A stretch of DNA of 39,178 nt from Guillardia theta CCMP2712 (taxonomy: Eukaryota; Protista; Cryptophyta). The position numbers were made by a program, and so were the translations under genes. The notes below the pieces were generated by a model. It was not told the DNA's origin. It ran no database searches and saw only the letters and a program-made list of their open reading frames with translations. The stretch spans positions 776,878-816,055 of the forward strand of contig NW_005434671.1 in the NCBI RefSeq assembly GCF_000315625.1, in the 5' to 3' direction. Of the stretch, positions 22,112 to 34,322 are shown piece by piece (position 1 is the first letter of the stretch; every line of letters begins with the position of its first letter).

Positions 22112-25100
22112 CTACTCTTTGAATCCACCATGGAATTCTTGCAGAACTGACTCAAGGAGCCTCTGCTGGCCTTGCAGCCCAGAATCCTGCGATTCTCAGT
22201 CACCATTCCTAACTCTCCACCACCACCAACTCCTCCTCCACCTCCTCCTCCACCACCAACTCCTCCTCCACCACCTGTTCCTCAGAACCACTACCACTAC
22301 CACCATTAACAACAACAATGGCGGCGGCGGCGGCGGCGGCGGCAGCAGCAATAGTTTCCCTCTACCTCATAGAGACGAATGGCCTCGGAAAACTGCCCGT
22401 TTGACTCCAACAGCAGCCCAGCTAGGACGGGGTCATCCGCTGAGCCAGACCCCTTGAGGCTCCTCAACACAGCCTGCACGTGAAGTCACTACAGTCCCCA
22501 GGACACTCCCAGCAGACCGCAAAGTCTCCATCCCAGAGGGGCTTTAGCGTCATCCTATCCCTCTCCTCCTCCCACACTCCTCCTTCCATCCCCTGCCGAC
22601 ACCCGTCAGTGCTTTGCTTCAGCCCCGCTCCAAGCTTCACGACCTCCGCCGCTCCTTCTTTGAGCCTTTCTGCCATGCGCGCCTGCGAGATGAAGGCAGA
22701 TTGTTTGTCATCGTCATCGTAAATCGTCATCGTCATCGTCAAAAATGAACATCATCATCAATTTTATCAACATCATCGTCATCGTCGTCGTCGTCATCAT
22801 CATCATCATCATCATCATCATTATCGTTGTTGTAGTCGCTGTCGTCGTTATGATCATCAAGACTCATCACACCTGCAGCTGCTCGTTCCCCTCCTGTCCT
22901 GCCCAGAAGTACAAGGTCTCCGTGAGCTGCTCGTCCTTCGTCTGCGTCTACGTCAACGAGGAAAGTCTTCCCTCTATCGTATATACAACCTCTCGCACAA
23001 TCTCTTCGCAGCTCTCCCACTCGCCCTGCAAGATATTCACGTCCTCCCCCCCCCCCCCCTCCGCTCCTCCTCCTTGCAGTAAACCTGACTCAAACTCAGG
23101 AAGAATTTTCTGCGGAGCGCGTCCGAGCAGAGCATTCTCAACCCTCGCTCATCTTATTGGCTGTCATTTCGGAGTGAGAAAAGCTTTTCATCAACCTCCT
23201 TCTTCAGCCATCGTTGCGATCTCTCGGATTACAGCTCGCCGAGAACTCTCCGCCTTCTCCTCTATCGCAGGGTAACCAACAAGTTGACACCTCCCCTCCA
23301 GCAACCTCGTAGCAGAAAGTTCACAATCAAACTCGCGCAAGTTTGTCTCTGCCTTCCTCCTGCAGGCCAATCAAGGTGGGGGAGGGGAGATCGAGGTGAG
23401 GAGGATAGACGAAGAGGAGATCATGGTAGATTTAGGAGCAGCAGGAGCAGCAGGAGCAGGGGCAGGAGCAGAGCACCCTCACCTTCACTACAACGCATGA
23501 TTCGAATTGCGTTTTCGACTTCACCAGCTCTGATCCACGACGCGCAGATTTCCTGCCACCAAAGAGCGAAAGGTTCAGACGAGAAACCCAAAGGAGAGAG
23601 CAAATCAGCAGCACGAGTGAAGCATGACCACGAGCGAGCTCGATAAGGAAATCAACAACATGAACAGCAAACATCAGGCACATATTTAACGTTCTGGCAA
23701 GCAAGGAGGGAAGTGGGGGAGGGAGGCAGCAGCAGCAGGACATCAACAAACGAGCTTGACGTCGCTGCTCGTACCTGCAGTCCTATCCGTCCGAACGCTA
23801 ACTGGGTGCAAAGTCAGCTCCTCCTCGCTCTCACTTCGTCCTCACCTTTCCCAAGTCGATGCTCATCCGCCCACAGAGCCTTCCAGCCAGCACAACCACC
23901 AGCTCCTGCTCCTCCTGTGAGCAGCAGGACAGGCGCTCCGAGGGCAGATCTGACCTCTGACGTCCCTTCCTCTTCCACGTTGTCCAGCCAGGCGTCCTTG
24001 CCTTCCCCCGGCAGATCCTGCCAACCCTTCAGGCGAATGCTCCTGCCCTGCCTTGGTCTCACCGACAGCAGCCACTTGAGGGGGCTTTCAGTGCTCCTCA
24101 TCGTTGCAAACAGCTGACTGCGAGTCTCTCCCTCCAGCAGCAGATCGAACTCGTGCTGCTAAGCGTCAGGTAGAGCAGGCGGAAACCAGCAAGTTGCCTG
24201 ATAGCTGCCATCGCTCTGGATGGTAAGAGACTGCAAGGCGAGGTCGAGGAAACGGATCTGCAAACCATCATTTCAGCTCCTCCTCCTCTGCAACCACCAA
24301 CTCCTCCTCCTCCTCCTATACCCCCTCCTCCCCTCCACCCCTTCCTCCTTCTCCTGCTCCTGCTCATCTCTCCTCCTCCTCCTCCTCCTCCTGTCTTTTC
24401 GCACCTTGCCCTCCCGGATCAGCACAGTAACAAGACCTCCCGAGGGGTGGAAAGAAGCAGCCAAGGCAGGGGAGGGCAGTTGAGCCTGCATGGGAAGGAA
24501 CTCACACTAGACATCCTGAACCCCTTCCCCCTTCCCCCCCCCCNNNNNNNNNNNNNNNNNNNNNNNNNNNNNNNNNNNNNNNNNNNNNNNNNNNNNNNNN
24601 NNNNNNNNNNNNNNNNNNNNNNNNNNNNNNNNNNNNNNNNNNNAAAAAAAAAAAAAAAAAAATAATAAAGAAAGAAAAAAAAAAAAAAAAATTAAAACAT
24701 AATAAGATACAAATACTACTACCTACCCTACCCCCTACCCCCTCCCCCACCCCCCCTCCCCTTGCTCGCTCCACAGCAACACGAGCAAGAATCAATCAAT
24801 CGGTAACAGACAGCCATGTGCACGTTCGCATCACGATCTTCTCGCGCCCCTCTCGTCCTCACTGCAAGTACCTTCCTCAGAGCCCTAGAGCTCCGCAAGT
24901 CGATCAGATGAAAGCAAGCCTGCCCAAACCCTCACTGCCAACGCGGGTGCGGCTCCCCTCACGTCTTCCGTCATGATCGCGTACAAGTTGGAATCGCTCG
25001 CACATCCGGCTCCACCCGTCACCTGCATGCTCCGAGCTCAGCGACGCGAGCGTTTGGATTGCCAACCACAGAGGGTCGCACCTTGGCATCGAAAGTGATG

Positions 25101-25939
25101 GACGCCCGTTGACCCTCGAGACACTCCTTGCTGTGCGGGTCCAAGAGGAGCATCTGAACATGCGAGTCACTGATAGGATAGAGACAACACATGCTTTACC
25201 TGTGAAGTCACCGTCCTCTGTCCGCTGTCTGTTCCAACAGCTCTCAGGGCCCGAGGTTTGCGGGGCAGCCAATCGACCGACAGCAGGTGCTCCGAGGACA
25301 GGCAGCTTACACGCTCAACCTTGGCCGACAACTTCACAGGTCTAGCAAGTCGCTCAGGTCACAAGATCACCTGATGGTCGTGCGTCGGGAAACACATGTG
25401 AACGGAGTTTGAAGAAGTCAGTGCGATCAAGTCTTCGTCCATGTTGGCTGATGCTGTGTCGACGGACAGAGGGAGTTTTACGCGCATGGCAGCGACTTCC
25501 CCACGCGTTATGCGGGTGTCGACGAGGAGGAGGTGCGGTGATTCCATGCACAGGAGGAGACGACCTCCTGCCAGGCATGCCGAACGAACTTCGTCGAGGC
25601 TCTCCCGTTGGATCTGAAAGCTGCGATATGCAGCCTCGGAGGCTGCATTGAGCAACTCGACATGACCATCCTTGTGTAAGATGCTGCACAACAATCAAGT
25701 AAGGAACGAGTCTACTCAAACAGACAGAGAGCGAGTTCTTCCTACATTGTTCTGCCCCGGTCGTCAACAAAGACGCGCTGCCCCTGTTCCTGCGTTGAAT
25801 TCGATGATCTTCTCCTGTTGCTGCTCGATGTCCGATACTCCTCGTCCCTTGTTCTTCGTGTTCTCTCTACCCCGTCCCCCCACTCCTCCTCCTCCGTCGC
25901 CCCCAACGCCGCTCGTCGCAGTCTCTTGACCCACAGCAT
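22112..25939 (-). CDS. Hypothetical multi-exon protein (possibly two genes), spanning the assembly gap
   Basis: Coding-like exons flanked by GT/AG: ILHKDGHVELLNAASE..DEVRSACLAGGRLLLC (25359-25694), QHEFDLLLEGETRSQLF (~24050-24160), SAFISQARMAERLKEG (~22500-22705), DSGLQGQQRLLESVLQEFHGGFKE* (stop 22112). No family recognised. Confidence 0.5.
22708..22850. repeat. (ATC/GTC)n trinucleotide repeat, intronic
   Basis: Directly visible. Confidence 0.8.
24544..24643. other. Assembly gap (100 N) flanked by poly-C and poly-A low-quality sequence
   Basis: Run of N in the sequence. Confidence 0.99.
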
Positions 25940-25980
25940 TGCGACGACTCAAGCAGTCCCTCATCCCCTCCTTGTCCCTT

Positions 25981-26100
25981 ATCCGGGCCCGCCCCGCGGC
26001 CGGCAGGTCTAACACAGTACTGACCCGGGCCGCCGACCGGGCCCCCTTCAAGTTCGCCAGCCGCGATTCCGGGAGGGCCCGGGCCGCGGGCGGGCTGCTA
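25981..26100. promoter_or_regulatory. CCGG/GGGCCC/AGTACT island upstream of a minus-strand gene
   Basis: CCGGGCCCGCCCCGCGGCCGG..CAGTACTGACCCGGGCCGCCGACCGGGCCC..GGGCCCGGGCCGCGG. Confidence 0.4.
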
Positions 26101-26749
26101 CCTCCGAACAAGCTTCTGATACAAAGTGAAGTCGATCTTCAAATCAGCGCCGCATGAAAGTGATTTAGAGCATCAAATGCTCTCTTGAGCTCCGATGAAG
26201 AGCATCCTGAAGAATTCAAGATCTCAAGCTCTAGCTCCGATGATCGTTATCCTGAAGATTTTTTGTGCTGGCGGAACGACATCCTGGATGGCGTTCCGAA
26301 GTTGAGCGTGTTGTTAGCACGCAGGTTCGGCTGAGGGCTTTGTAGTTCATCCCACCTTGGATAGAATGCAAAAACATTTCTTGATCGATTTTCCCCTGAT
26401 CGATTTTCCCTCGATCGATCATTACTTGGACGCTGCGTGTGACTTGGGGAATCCCTTCTAGAAGCAGGTTGTAGAAGCAGCTCCATTTCATCATATGGAG
26501 GTGCTCGTTGGTTTCATTTCATTTGCAGCCACCCAAACTCTGAACTCCAAGTTCAGTTTCTTGTCACTTCTAGGTGTGCTGCCCTTCCTTTAGTTCCTGA
26601 ACATGGTCAAAGTGATGCTGACAAGTTTCGAGCAGAATAGATGATACAATACAGGTATTCAGTCAAACAATCCATCTAGAATTTTCGAATTCCTCATTAA
26701 AAATGTCATCGATTCCATTTGAATTTCATTACAAGTCAGTCTCTACAAT

Positions 26750-27231
26750 TTATGTTGTATTCATGATGTTGGGGTCCTGTATCACGATTAGGAGATAGTC
26801 CTTATCAGGTGCTACCATGATTTCATGCTTTTTCGATCGCACTCGGAGAAACGTCAGGTCGTTCTGCGATCAAGTCAGTTTTCGAGTGGCTCAATGACTG
26901 GTTGTCATCCATCAACAGGGGATCGTTGGGAAGTACAGCAAGGGAAATTAGCAAGGACGCGCATCTAGGATCAGCTACAGGGCACATGGACCATCCAAGT
27001 GGGCCCAAGGGTCCCTCGCGTCTCCTCACAGCGACAGAATACCTGCGGGTCGAGTTCTCGGACAGCACTCCTTGCCTTGCTTGAAAGCTGGGTGATCAAA
27101 CTCGCGTACTGCACAGTGACGGACTGGTCGAAGGTTGATCTGATGGGAATGCCGTCCTGGTTCACGATCACCACCCCCTGCACCCCCTTGTGCCCCTGAA
27201 GCCGCCGCAGCGTCTCCTCCACCTCATTCAT
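26750..27231 (-). CDS. DYNLRB: Dynein light chain roadblock-type (LC7), 100 aa, two exons (27231-27043, 26863-26750)
   Basis: [75 protein letters not shown]; GT-AG intron 27042-26864. Confidence 0.96.
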
Positions 27232-29140
27232 TGCTCTCAACGCTTGTCTACCACCCCCACCCCCACATTACAGTGCAGTTGGAACCCCCGACTTCTACCA
27301 CCCCCACCAACAGTTTTATCGATAACTGTACCGGTATGAGAAAACGGTTATATGTTAACGGTCGGCAGAAGTAAAAGAAGATACTACCAGAAGAGCTACC
27401 GGAGTCCATAATGGGAGCGACAAAGCAGCAGCGTGAGGCAGTCAGACATGCCGACTAGACAGGGAGAGGGAGAGGAACTTCGGAGGGAGAGGGAAAGGGG
27501 TGGGGGGAGAGGGAGGAAGGGGGAGGCACGGAACCAGAGGAGGGAGAGGAGAGAGCGGAGAAGAGGAAAGAGATCGAGCAGAGACATAGTAGGATAGAAG
27601 CGAAGATTAGGGCATACACCTAAGTTAGACGCGACGCATGTTCAGTTAGGCCGATATACGACTCGGAGACAAGCCTTGGAGGAAAGGAAGGAGCGAGGGA
27701 GCGAAAGCAGAAGAAGTCGCAAGATTGAATTGAACTTGTCGAGTTCTTCAGAATGTCAAGTACTTTGTTGGGCAACTTTTGCCTTCTCCTTGCATCCCAT
27801 GATAAATCCTTCAGAGTGTGCAATCATGCACAAGGTTTGAAGAAAATACGTTCAGTCAGATAGAATGAATTCAGGTAGTGCGAGAAAGGCATCTCGCCAG
27901 AGAGGAGGAAACTGCAAAGTGGAAGAAAGAAGACAAGGAGGTATAAGAACAGAGCGAGCAGCAGGCGGAAATTTAGAAAATCAGTGACTTCAACCCGTGA
28001 GTGTCACAACGATGAATGGAAAAACCGAGATAGAGAGACAGAGGGACAGAGAGATAGAGAGAAAGGAAAAGAAACACAGTGAGGGAGTGAGACAGAACGA
28101 AGCAGAGAGAGGGAGGAAAGGGAAGAGACAAATCAGATTCACGTCTGATGTCACCTGAGCAGCATTCCTTACGCACCGAGCGCGATGATATCAAGACGGG
28201 CGATCAACTTCGACATCGCGGACGAGGAGGACTACGTCGAAGAGATGTTGTTTCTGCTGCTGTTGCTCCAGCGTTCGTTCCCTCTTACATCGTGATGCAG
28301 AAGAGACGAGTCGCTCAAGACTGGGGAGCAGGCACCTGGTGAGCAGCCCCTGACGGCTCGTCTGTCTCCGAACAGCTTCTCACCCTCCGTTTCTTGCCAG
28401 CGTACCAGCGGGTTTATCCTAACGGGTCCATCGAGAGCAACGACTTCGAGCAGAGGTCCGAGAAGAGCGCGTCGGTGAGCCGTCTTATGGCGAGCGATTG
28501 AGGCTGCTGACGAGATCGTACAAGATGAGCGAGAAGTCTGTGGAGTATGAAGGAGAGAAGGCGATGGATGGCAAGGACAAGAGCAAGGTAGAGTGCGTGG
28601 TACAGTGAGGCGCTGGCTAGAAGATGCTGAAGGAAGGAGGTAGCGAATAAAGTTAGAACGTACGATGCTCTCTCTCTCTCTCTCAGCCATGCAAGTTGTG
28701 TGCATGGAACATGGAGCTGATGGTTTCATTGTTGTCTAGTGACCCTCGTAGCCTACCTTAGCTCATCTGCTTTCATTTCACCTGCTCTCATTGAAAAACT
28801 TCAACTTTACCTCCACCTCCTTCCCCTCTTTCCCCTCCTCCTCCTCCTCCTCCTCCTCCTTCCCCTCCTCTGCCGCCTCATCTCTCATCGTCGTCCCCTT
28901 CAGTAACTTCTTCTTCTCTTGACCCCGCCCATGCCTGCTGTACTCGCCTCTCTCCTCCCGACAGGCCTATCCATTTTATTTTCGTGTTTTCTTTCTTTAT
29001 ATTTACTGTTTTCGGTATTTTTTTCCTGCCATCAAATTTGACGCGGTTGCAACGGCCATCAACCCGACGACCTCCATGGAGACGTTGCGGGAGGCTGGCA
29101 GGGGAGCCGACCAGAAGAGGAGGAGGAGCCTGCGAGAGAG

Positions 29141-32100
29141 ATGAAGAAGGCGAGGGACATGGACTCGCTGCATGACGAGACGCCTCGGGCGGCCGCGCAC
29201 TTGACCCAGCATGAAGGGGTCCATGCGTCGCTCGAGACCGGCTGGGGAGGCGATGAGAGCGTGACGAGCACGAGGAGGATACACAGCATGGTGGAGGCGA
29301 GGGACTACAACAGGAGGGTGAAGCTGCAGATACAGAAGGAGCGAGCGGAGGAAGCCCTGCATGTGACGGCAGTCAAGATTCAATCCATGTGGCGAATGTT
29401 CTCGTGCTACAAGAGCTTGCTGCTGGCCAAGGTGAGGAAGCGGCGGGAAGAGAAGCGCGCACGAGCTTGCACCATGATACAGAAGGTCTTCCGCGGGCAT
29501 CAGGCGCGCAACAACGTCGGGCTGGGGGTCATCATCGAGTTCAGGAAGAAGCAAAACAGTGCTGCTGCCCTCGTGCAGTCCGTGTTCCGTGGGCACGTTG
29601 CAAGGATGTACGCTGACGTCCTCCGGCAGCGTCGAGACTCGGACCTGGACCTTGCTCGGTCCAAGAGGGCGCAGGCGCTCATTCGAGGGGCAAGGACGAG
29701 GAGCCGCGTGTGGATGGTGTGGAACTTCCTGCGGCACAAGGTGAGCACGATCGAGAGGTTCTGCAAGCAGCGGTTCCAGCCATGGCAGCGCGAGCAGGTG
29801 GAGCTGCTGAACGACAACCTGAACAAGGTGGTGAGGATACAGGCGCTGGCGAGGAGGTACCTGGCGTACAAGAGGGCAAGGGAGATGAGGAGCGCAAAGA
29901 GACACTTCCTTGCTGTGGGGCAGGGGATGGTGTTGTTCTTGGTCATGATGACCCTCCTCCTCTCCTTCACCATCAACGAGCGATCCAACGGAGCCTTCAG
30001 TGACTTCTCCTCGGCCCTCGTCCGCAGCTTCACCGGTAGCTCCCCCCAGCAGCTCAGCCTTCCTCTTGCTGCAGTCCGCAACCCCGCGGGGCTGTGGAGG
30101 TGGTTGAACAGAACCCTCCTGGTCTGCAGCTTCCTGGAACGAACTCGGTCGTGTGACGTCCAAGTCAGGAACGAGAGGAACTGCACAAGCAGCCTGAGCT
30201 TCGAGCACGCGATCCCAGCCATCATCGTGTCCTCCGTGGCTGCGGGGCAGAAGCGATCCAAACGTTACCGACATGGCACCTGGCCGCTGTCAGGCAACAC
30301 GACGGCCATGGTGAGCAGCTCGCCGTACAGCGCAAGCAACAGCGACAAGTCAAAGTACGGGAGCGTATACCTCCCCTTCCAGTTCGACCCTGCCGCCTCC
30401 TTCGGGGCCTTACAAGGCTTTTTGTCACAGTACCATAGCGGCTTCTTCCAGCTCGACGATCCTCTCCTGGGCAACTCGTCATTCCTTGACTGCGGAGTGC
30501 CGCTCGTTGGAGGGATCTGCCGCTACCAGACGGGGAGGTGGCTGGACTCCAGCACACGAGCTCTCGTCCTCGGCTTCGCCGTGGCGAGCCCCAGCATGAA
30601 CGCGCTGATGACCGTGCGGCTCCTGGTGGAGATGGACGTAGGAGGAGGCATCATGCCCTCCCTTCATACCTCATCCAGCCGCCTGCAGGTGAGAGCACCA
30701 GCACGTCCTCTCCCTTCCTTGTCACCTCACTGCCCTGCAGGTCTATGGAGGCAGCCCGAAGCCCTGGGACGGAGCGTGGGACGTGGGGGTGAGGATATTC
30801 CCGGAGATCTTGTTCCTGCTCTTTGGAGCATGTTACGTTGTCTCCATCCTCCTCCGCTCCTGCTTCTTCATCTCCTTCAGGCCCGGGTCTTTCTTCTCCA
30901 TCGACAAGTTGGAGATCCGCCGCCCCAGGGATTCGCTGAGGATCTTGAGCTTGCAGCCGTTGAAGAGCCTCGACAACTTCCTCACGTTCCTCCTCTTCCT
31001 TGCAACATTCCTCTGGCTGCTGCTGCAACTCGCCGCTCAGGTCATGAGCTCGCAGATCGTTGCCGGGACGCGGAGCTGGTCGACCAGCACTGTTGTTGGA
31101 GTGGCAGACTTTGCCTTCGCCCAGGGTCTTGTGAACCTTCACGGCTGGGGAGATGCAATGATCGCCATAGTCGCTATGCTCATGTGGCACAGGCTTCTCT
31201 TCTCCTACATCTCCACCATCCGACGGTTCCGCACCAGCATCCTCTCTGTCCGCCGCCTTGTCGTCCCTCTCGCTGCTCTGCTGATCACTGGCGGGGCCAT
31301 GACCCTGGGACTGGCACACGTCGCGCACTTGTCCTTCGGTCGCAACATTAAGGGATTCGAGACCATCGACTCCTGCTTGCTCCGCTTGGTGCAGACGCTG
31401 GTGGCTGTGATGGAGGAGGACGAGCCCGGCAGGATGCCTGCTGCGGTCGGAGGATACGGCAGGACCAGCAGTCTGGCACAGGGACAGAGCGGAGTCTTCA
31501 TGGCCGTCGTCTTCCTGCTTGCCCTCTGCTTCCTTGGAGTGACCTGCGCCGTCGTCATCGTTGCGTACACGGAGGAAGAGGAGATGACGACGGGGATACG
31601 TAACTTTAACTTGAGGGAAGGAGGAAGTGTCCGGTGACTGGCTTGTGCAGTGAACCGTCCTTGGCTCTATGAGGGCACGATCCGCACAGCCATCTACTCC
31701 GACTGGGAGCTTCCTCCTCTGAGTGAAGTGAGGCATGCGGTGGTGGAGGCCTTCAGGAGCAGAGTGGAGGAGCAAGTGCAGCTGAAGAAGGTGAGCAAAC
31801 ATCCTCCCCTGCAGTGCACGGCGCTCCCCTCACACTCGCGATGCTCCAGGCGGCGATCCAAGCTCGCGTCCTCTCGCACATCCGAGCAGATTCGCTGCGA
31901 GTGGCGGACGTGGTGAGAGGAGGAAGGGAGATAGTCGTTCCTGCATGGAAGCTGATCTGTGTCGTCAGAACTCGTTCAAGTGGGCTCTGGAGGTCGACAA
32001 GACAAAGGATCTTGATCGCAAGACCGCCAAGGTCGGCGGTCACCTTCACCTCCTGAGTGCTGACGACTACCAATGGCAGTATTTGATGAAAACCTCAAGA

Positions 32101-32353
32101 GTTCTGGCGCATCAGACAAGAGATTACGACAGACGCATCAATCAGATGGAGTCTCTCTTCTTGCTGACCAGCTTTCGCCTCCACGAGCTGATTGAGCACT
32201 TCGTCAAGCTTGTGAGTATCGACCTGCCATGCACTGCCCACCTTGTGAGATGCTTGAGAGCAGGACTTTCCTCGTCGCAGATTTCATTGGCCGCAGGCAA
32301 GGTTGTCAAGTGATGAGATAGACAAAGCCAAACGGTACGAAGAACCATTCTGA
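29141..32353 (+). CDS. Polycystin-2/TRPP (PKD channel)-like membrane protein with N-terminal IQ calmodulin-binding motifs (multi-exon; additional 5' exons probably lie in 27400-29100)
   Basis: IQ motifs IQSMWRM, IQKVFRGHQAR, VQSVFRGHVAR, AQALIRG, IQALARRY. TM1 GMVLFLVMMTLLLSF. Polycystin-domain motifs GLWRWLNRTL and WLDSSTRALVLGFAVASPSMNALMTVRLLVEMDVGGGIMPS. Further hydrophobic helices and pore-region AHLSFGRNIKGFETIDSCLLRL in the exon ~30741-31600. End at 32313 or 32353 depending on last intron. Confidence 0.75.
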
Positions 32354-32745
32354 AAGGGTCTTAAAGTTCTAAGGTGTCCTCTGATGTGTTGGCAGTTTGT
32401 TACAAAGGCAAACAGAAGAAAAAGGAAAGAAGATGATTAAAATTCCATCAAAGATGCTAGGCGCTATTGAAAAACAATGTGATACTTTGAAGAAGGTACA
32501 CACGAAAACGGGTGCTTGTGACTTACACGATTTGTTCAGGTCATGCACGAAATAAATGGGATGGTAAAAGATACAAACTCAGAAGAAACAGAAACCCCGA
32601 GGTCTGATGCAGTAGGATAAGCAGCGAAAGGAGAGCCATGACGTCTATCGTATGCACAAACAATTTTGTGTACAGAAAGAGAAAACGAAGATGGTTCAGC
32701 GATCTTCACATTTATTCGAAGGAACCGAGCTAACCATATCTGCAT

Positions 32746-34322
32746 CTACATGACCTCAGATATAGTCGTCGAAGGAGCTTCGGGTGCTTTGTCAGCTGCG
32801 GGAGCAGCAGGAAGAGGGTCAGCACGCTTTTCAGACTGCTTGGAAGGCATGAAACGAGAACCATAGGGCACCCTCAACATCATGCACTCCTGTGACAAGC
32901 GAGTCAGTTTGAACATGGAACAGCCACGTCATCACCTGATGGGTCAGAAGCCTGCCCTCGTTCTGGGATCGTGTAACGCTGGATGGCTGGGGTCTGCTGG
33001 ACAAGGTGTTGGCGGATGCAGTAGAAGTGACAGAGTTTGAGTTGGCTGCTGGTTTCTTCGAGCTCGCAGCAGGTTGACTTGTGGGCTTCGACACCAATGG
33101 TGTGGGCTTGGATGCTGTCTGCGTTGGCTTAGGGGCCGCGGGAGCAGGTTTCGCTGCCGCGGGAGCAGGTTTCGCTGCAGCGGGAGCAGGCTTAGGGGCC
33201 GCGGGAGCAGGTTTCGCTGGAGCTGTTTGAGTCTTGGCTGGAGGCTTCGCTGTGGTTGTGGGTTGATGTTGCGAAGAGCTCTTGCCCACAGTCCATACGG
33301 ATCCGAATGGTACTCCGTACATCTGACATTCGGCAGGGCTCAACTGCCTTGTCGTCTCCTTCTTTTCATCGGCCTGAGTGTTGAGGGAAGCTCCTGATGT
33401 CTGTTGAAAGGACGATCAAACCACTAGAAGCTAGCCGGGAACAGACTTGCTCGCACTCACCTCGATAGATTTCTGGGTGATCTTGTTTGCTTCTACAGCA
33501 GAGACGTCTCGTGTAAGCTCAGCCGTGTGGGTGGACGTGCTTCCATCCTCGCCCACTCTCTTGGTCGTGATGGTGACCATCGATCCGTTAGGCCCTGCAC
33601 GATGTTCAGTCATGCTCCACTTTTCTCTTCAGTTAGTTACCAGCCAACGGTTTGTATGCCTCAGTCGCAGGCAAACCTTCGATTGATGTCTCATCAATCT
33701 TGACGATGACATCTCCAATGGCGAGCACGGTTCCAGCTGCTGAAGTATTCTCCTTGATGTCTGTGATGATCAACTCGCCATCTTTCCCGGGCCAGAGCAT
33801 CAGGCCAACAGTGCTCTTCTCTTCATCCAAAGAGGGAACCTGTACAGTTATACTATCAGGCAGAGTGCGGAGATTTAAAGGAATGTTAAGAGTACTATCG
33901 ACCTGCGTTTTCACCGATGGAGCAACAGGGGTAGACGCGTACAAGGAAGTGCCGGTCCCAGGAGTATACCATGTATTCGAAGTAGGCAAGTTCGGAATGG
34001 ACGCATAGATTGACGTAGCTGCAGGGGCTGCCGAGGTAGACATTAGCATGCAGGTTTCGAACTCCTCCACCAACCATTCTGCTTCTTCGCGGCAGTCGTC
34101 CCACCCTTTGCTGGAACTGTGCGCCCTGGAAAGAATCAGGCTCGTGAAGATTCGCGGCAACGTTATCACCTGGCATGTACATGGGCTGGCCCATAGGTGG
34201 CTGTACATAATTTAGCTATAGACATTGAAATGCAATGGAGCAACCTGCCCGTACGAAGGGATAGGAGCAGGATAAAACTGCATTCCTCCCGCTCCATAGC
34301 CATAACTCATATAGACCGCCAT
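32746..34322 (-). CDS. PDZ-domain protein with Pro/Ala/Lys-rich linker and duplicated C-terminal motif (multi-exon)
   Basis: PDZ-like STVGLMLWPGKDGELIITDIKENTSAAGTVLAIGDVIVKIDETSIEG..AG/PNGSMVTITTKR; PAPAAAK repeats; start MAVYMSYGYGAGGMQFYPAP at 34322; stop TAG 32746-32748. Confidence 0.72.
33128..33220 (-). repeat. 21-bp coding tandem repeat (KPAPAAA/KPAPAAP, about 4 copies)
   Basis: GCGGGAGCAGG core recurring every 21 bp. Confidence 0.85.

Noticed and set aside
20959-22206. 415-aa minus-strand ORF with a CPCPCP run
   Set aside because: Antisense to the GT23 exons; the Cys-Pro run is just the translated (GGGGCA)n repeat.
24644-24765. Poly-A tail of a retroelement, or telomere-like CTACCC repeats
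   Set aside because: Directly abuts the N gap and looks like low-quality contig-end sequence; the repeats are irregular and no RT ORF is nearby.
29003-30274. 423-aa minus-strand ORF (and the 383-aa ORF at 30651-31802)
   Set aside because: Antisense shadows of the GC-rich IQ-polycystin coding exons; no motifs.
33128-33220. CRISPR-like regularly spaced repeat
   Set aside because: Contiguous in-frame 21-bp coding repeat without unique spacers; eukaryotic context and no cas genes.
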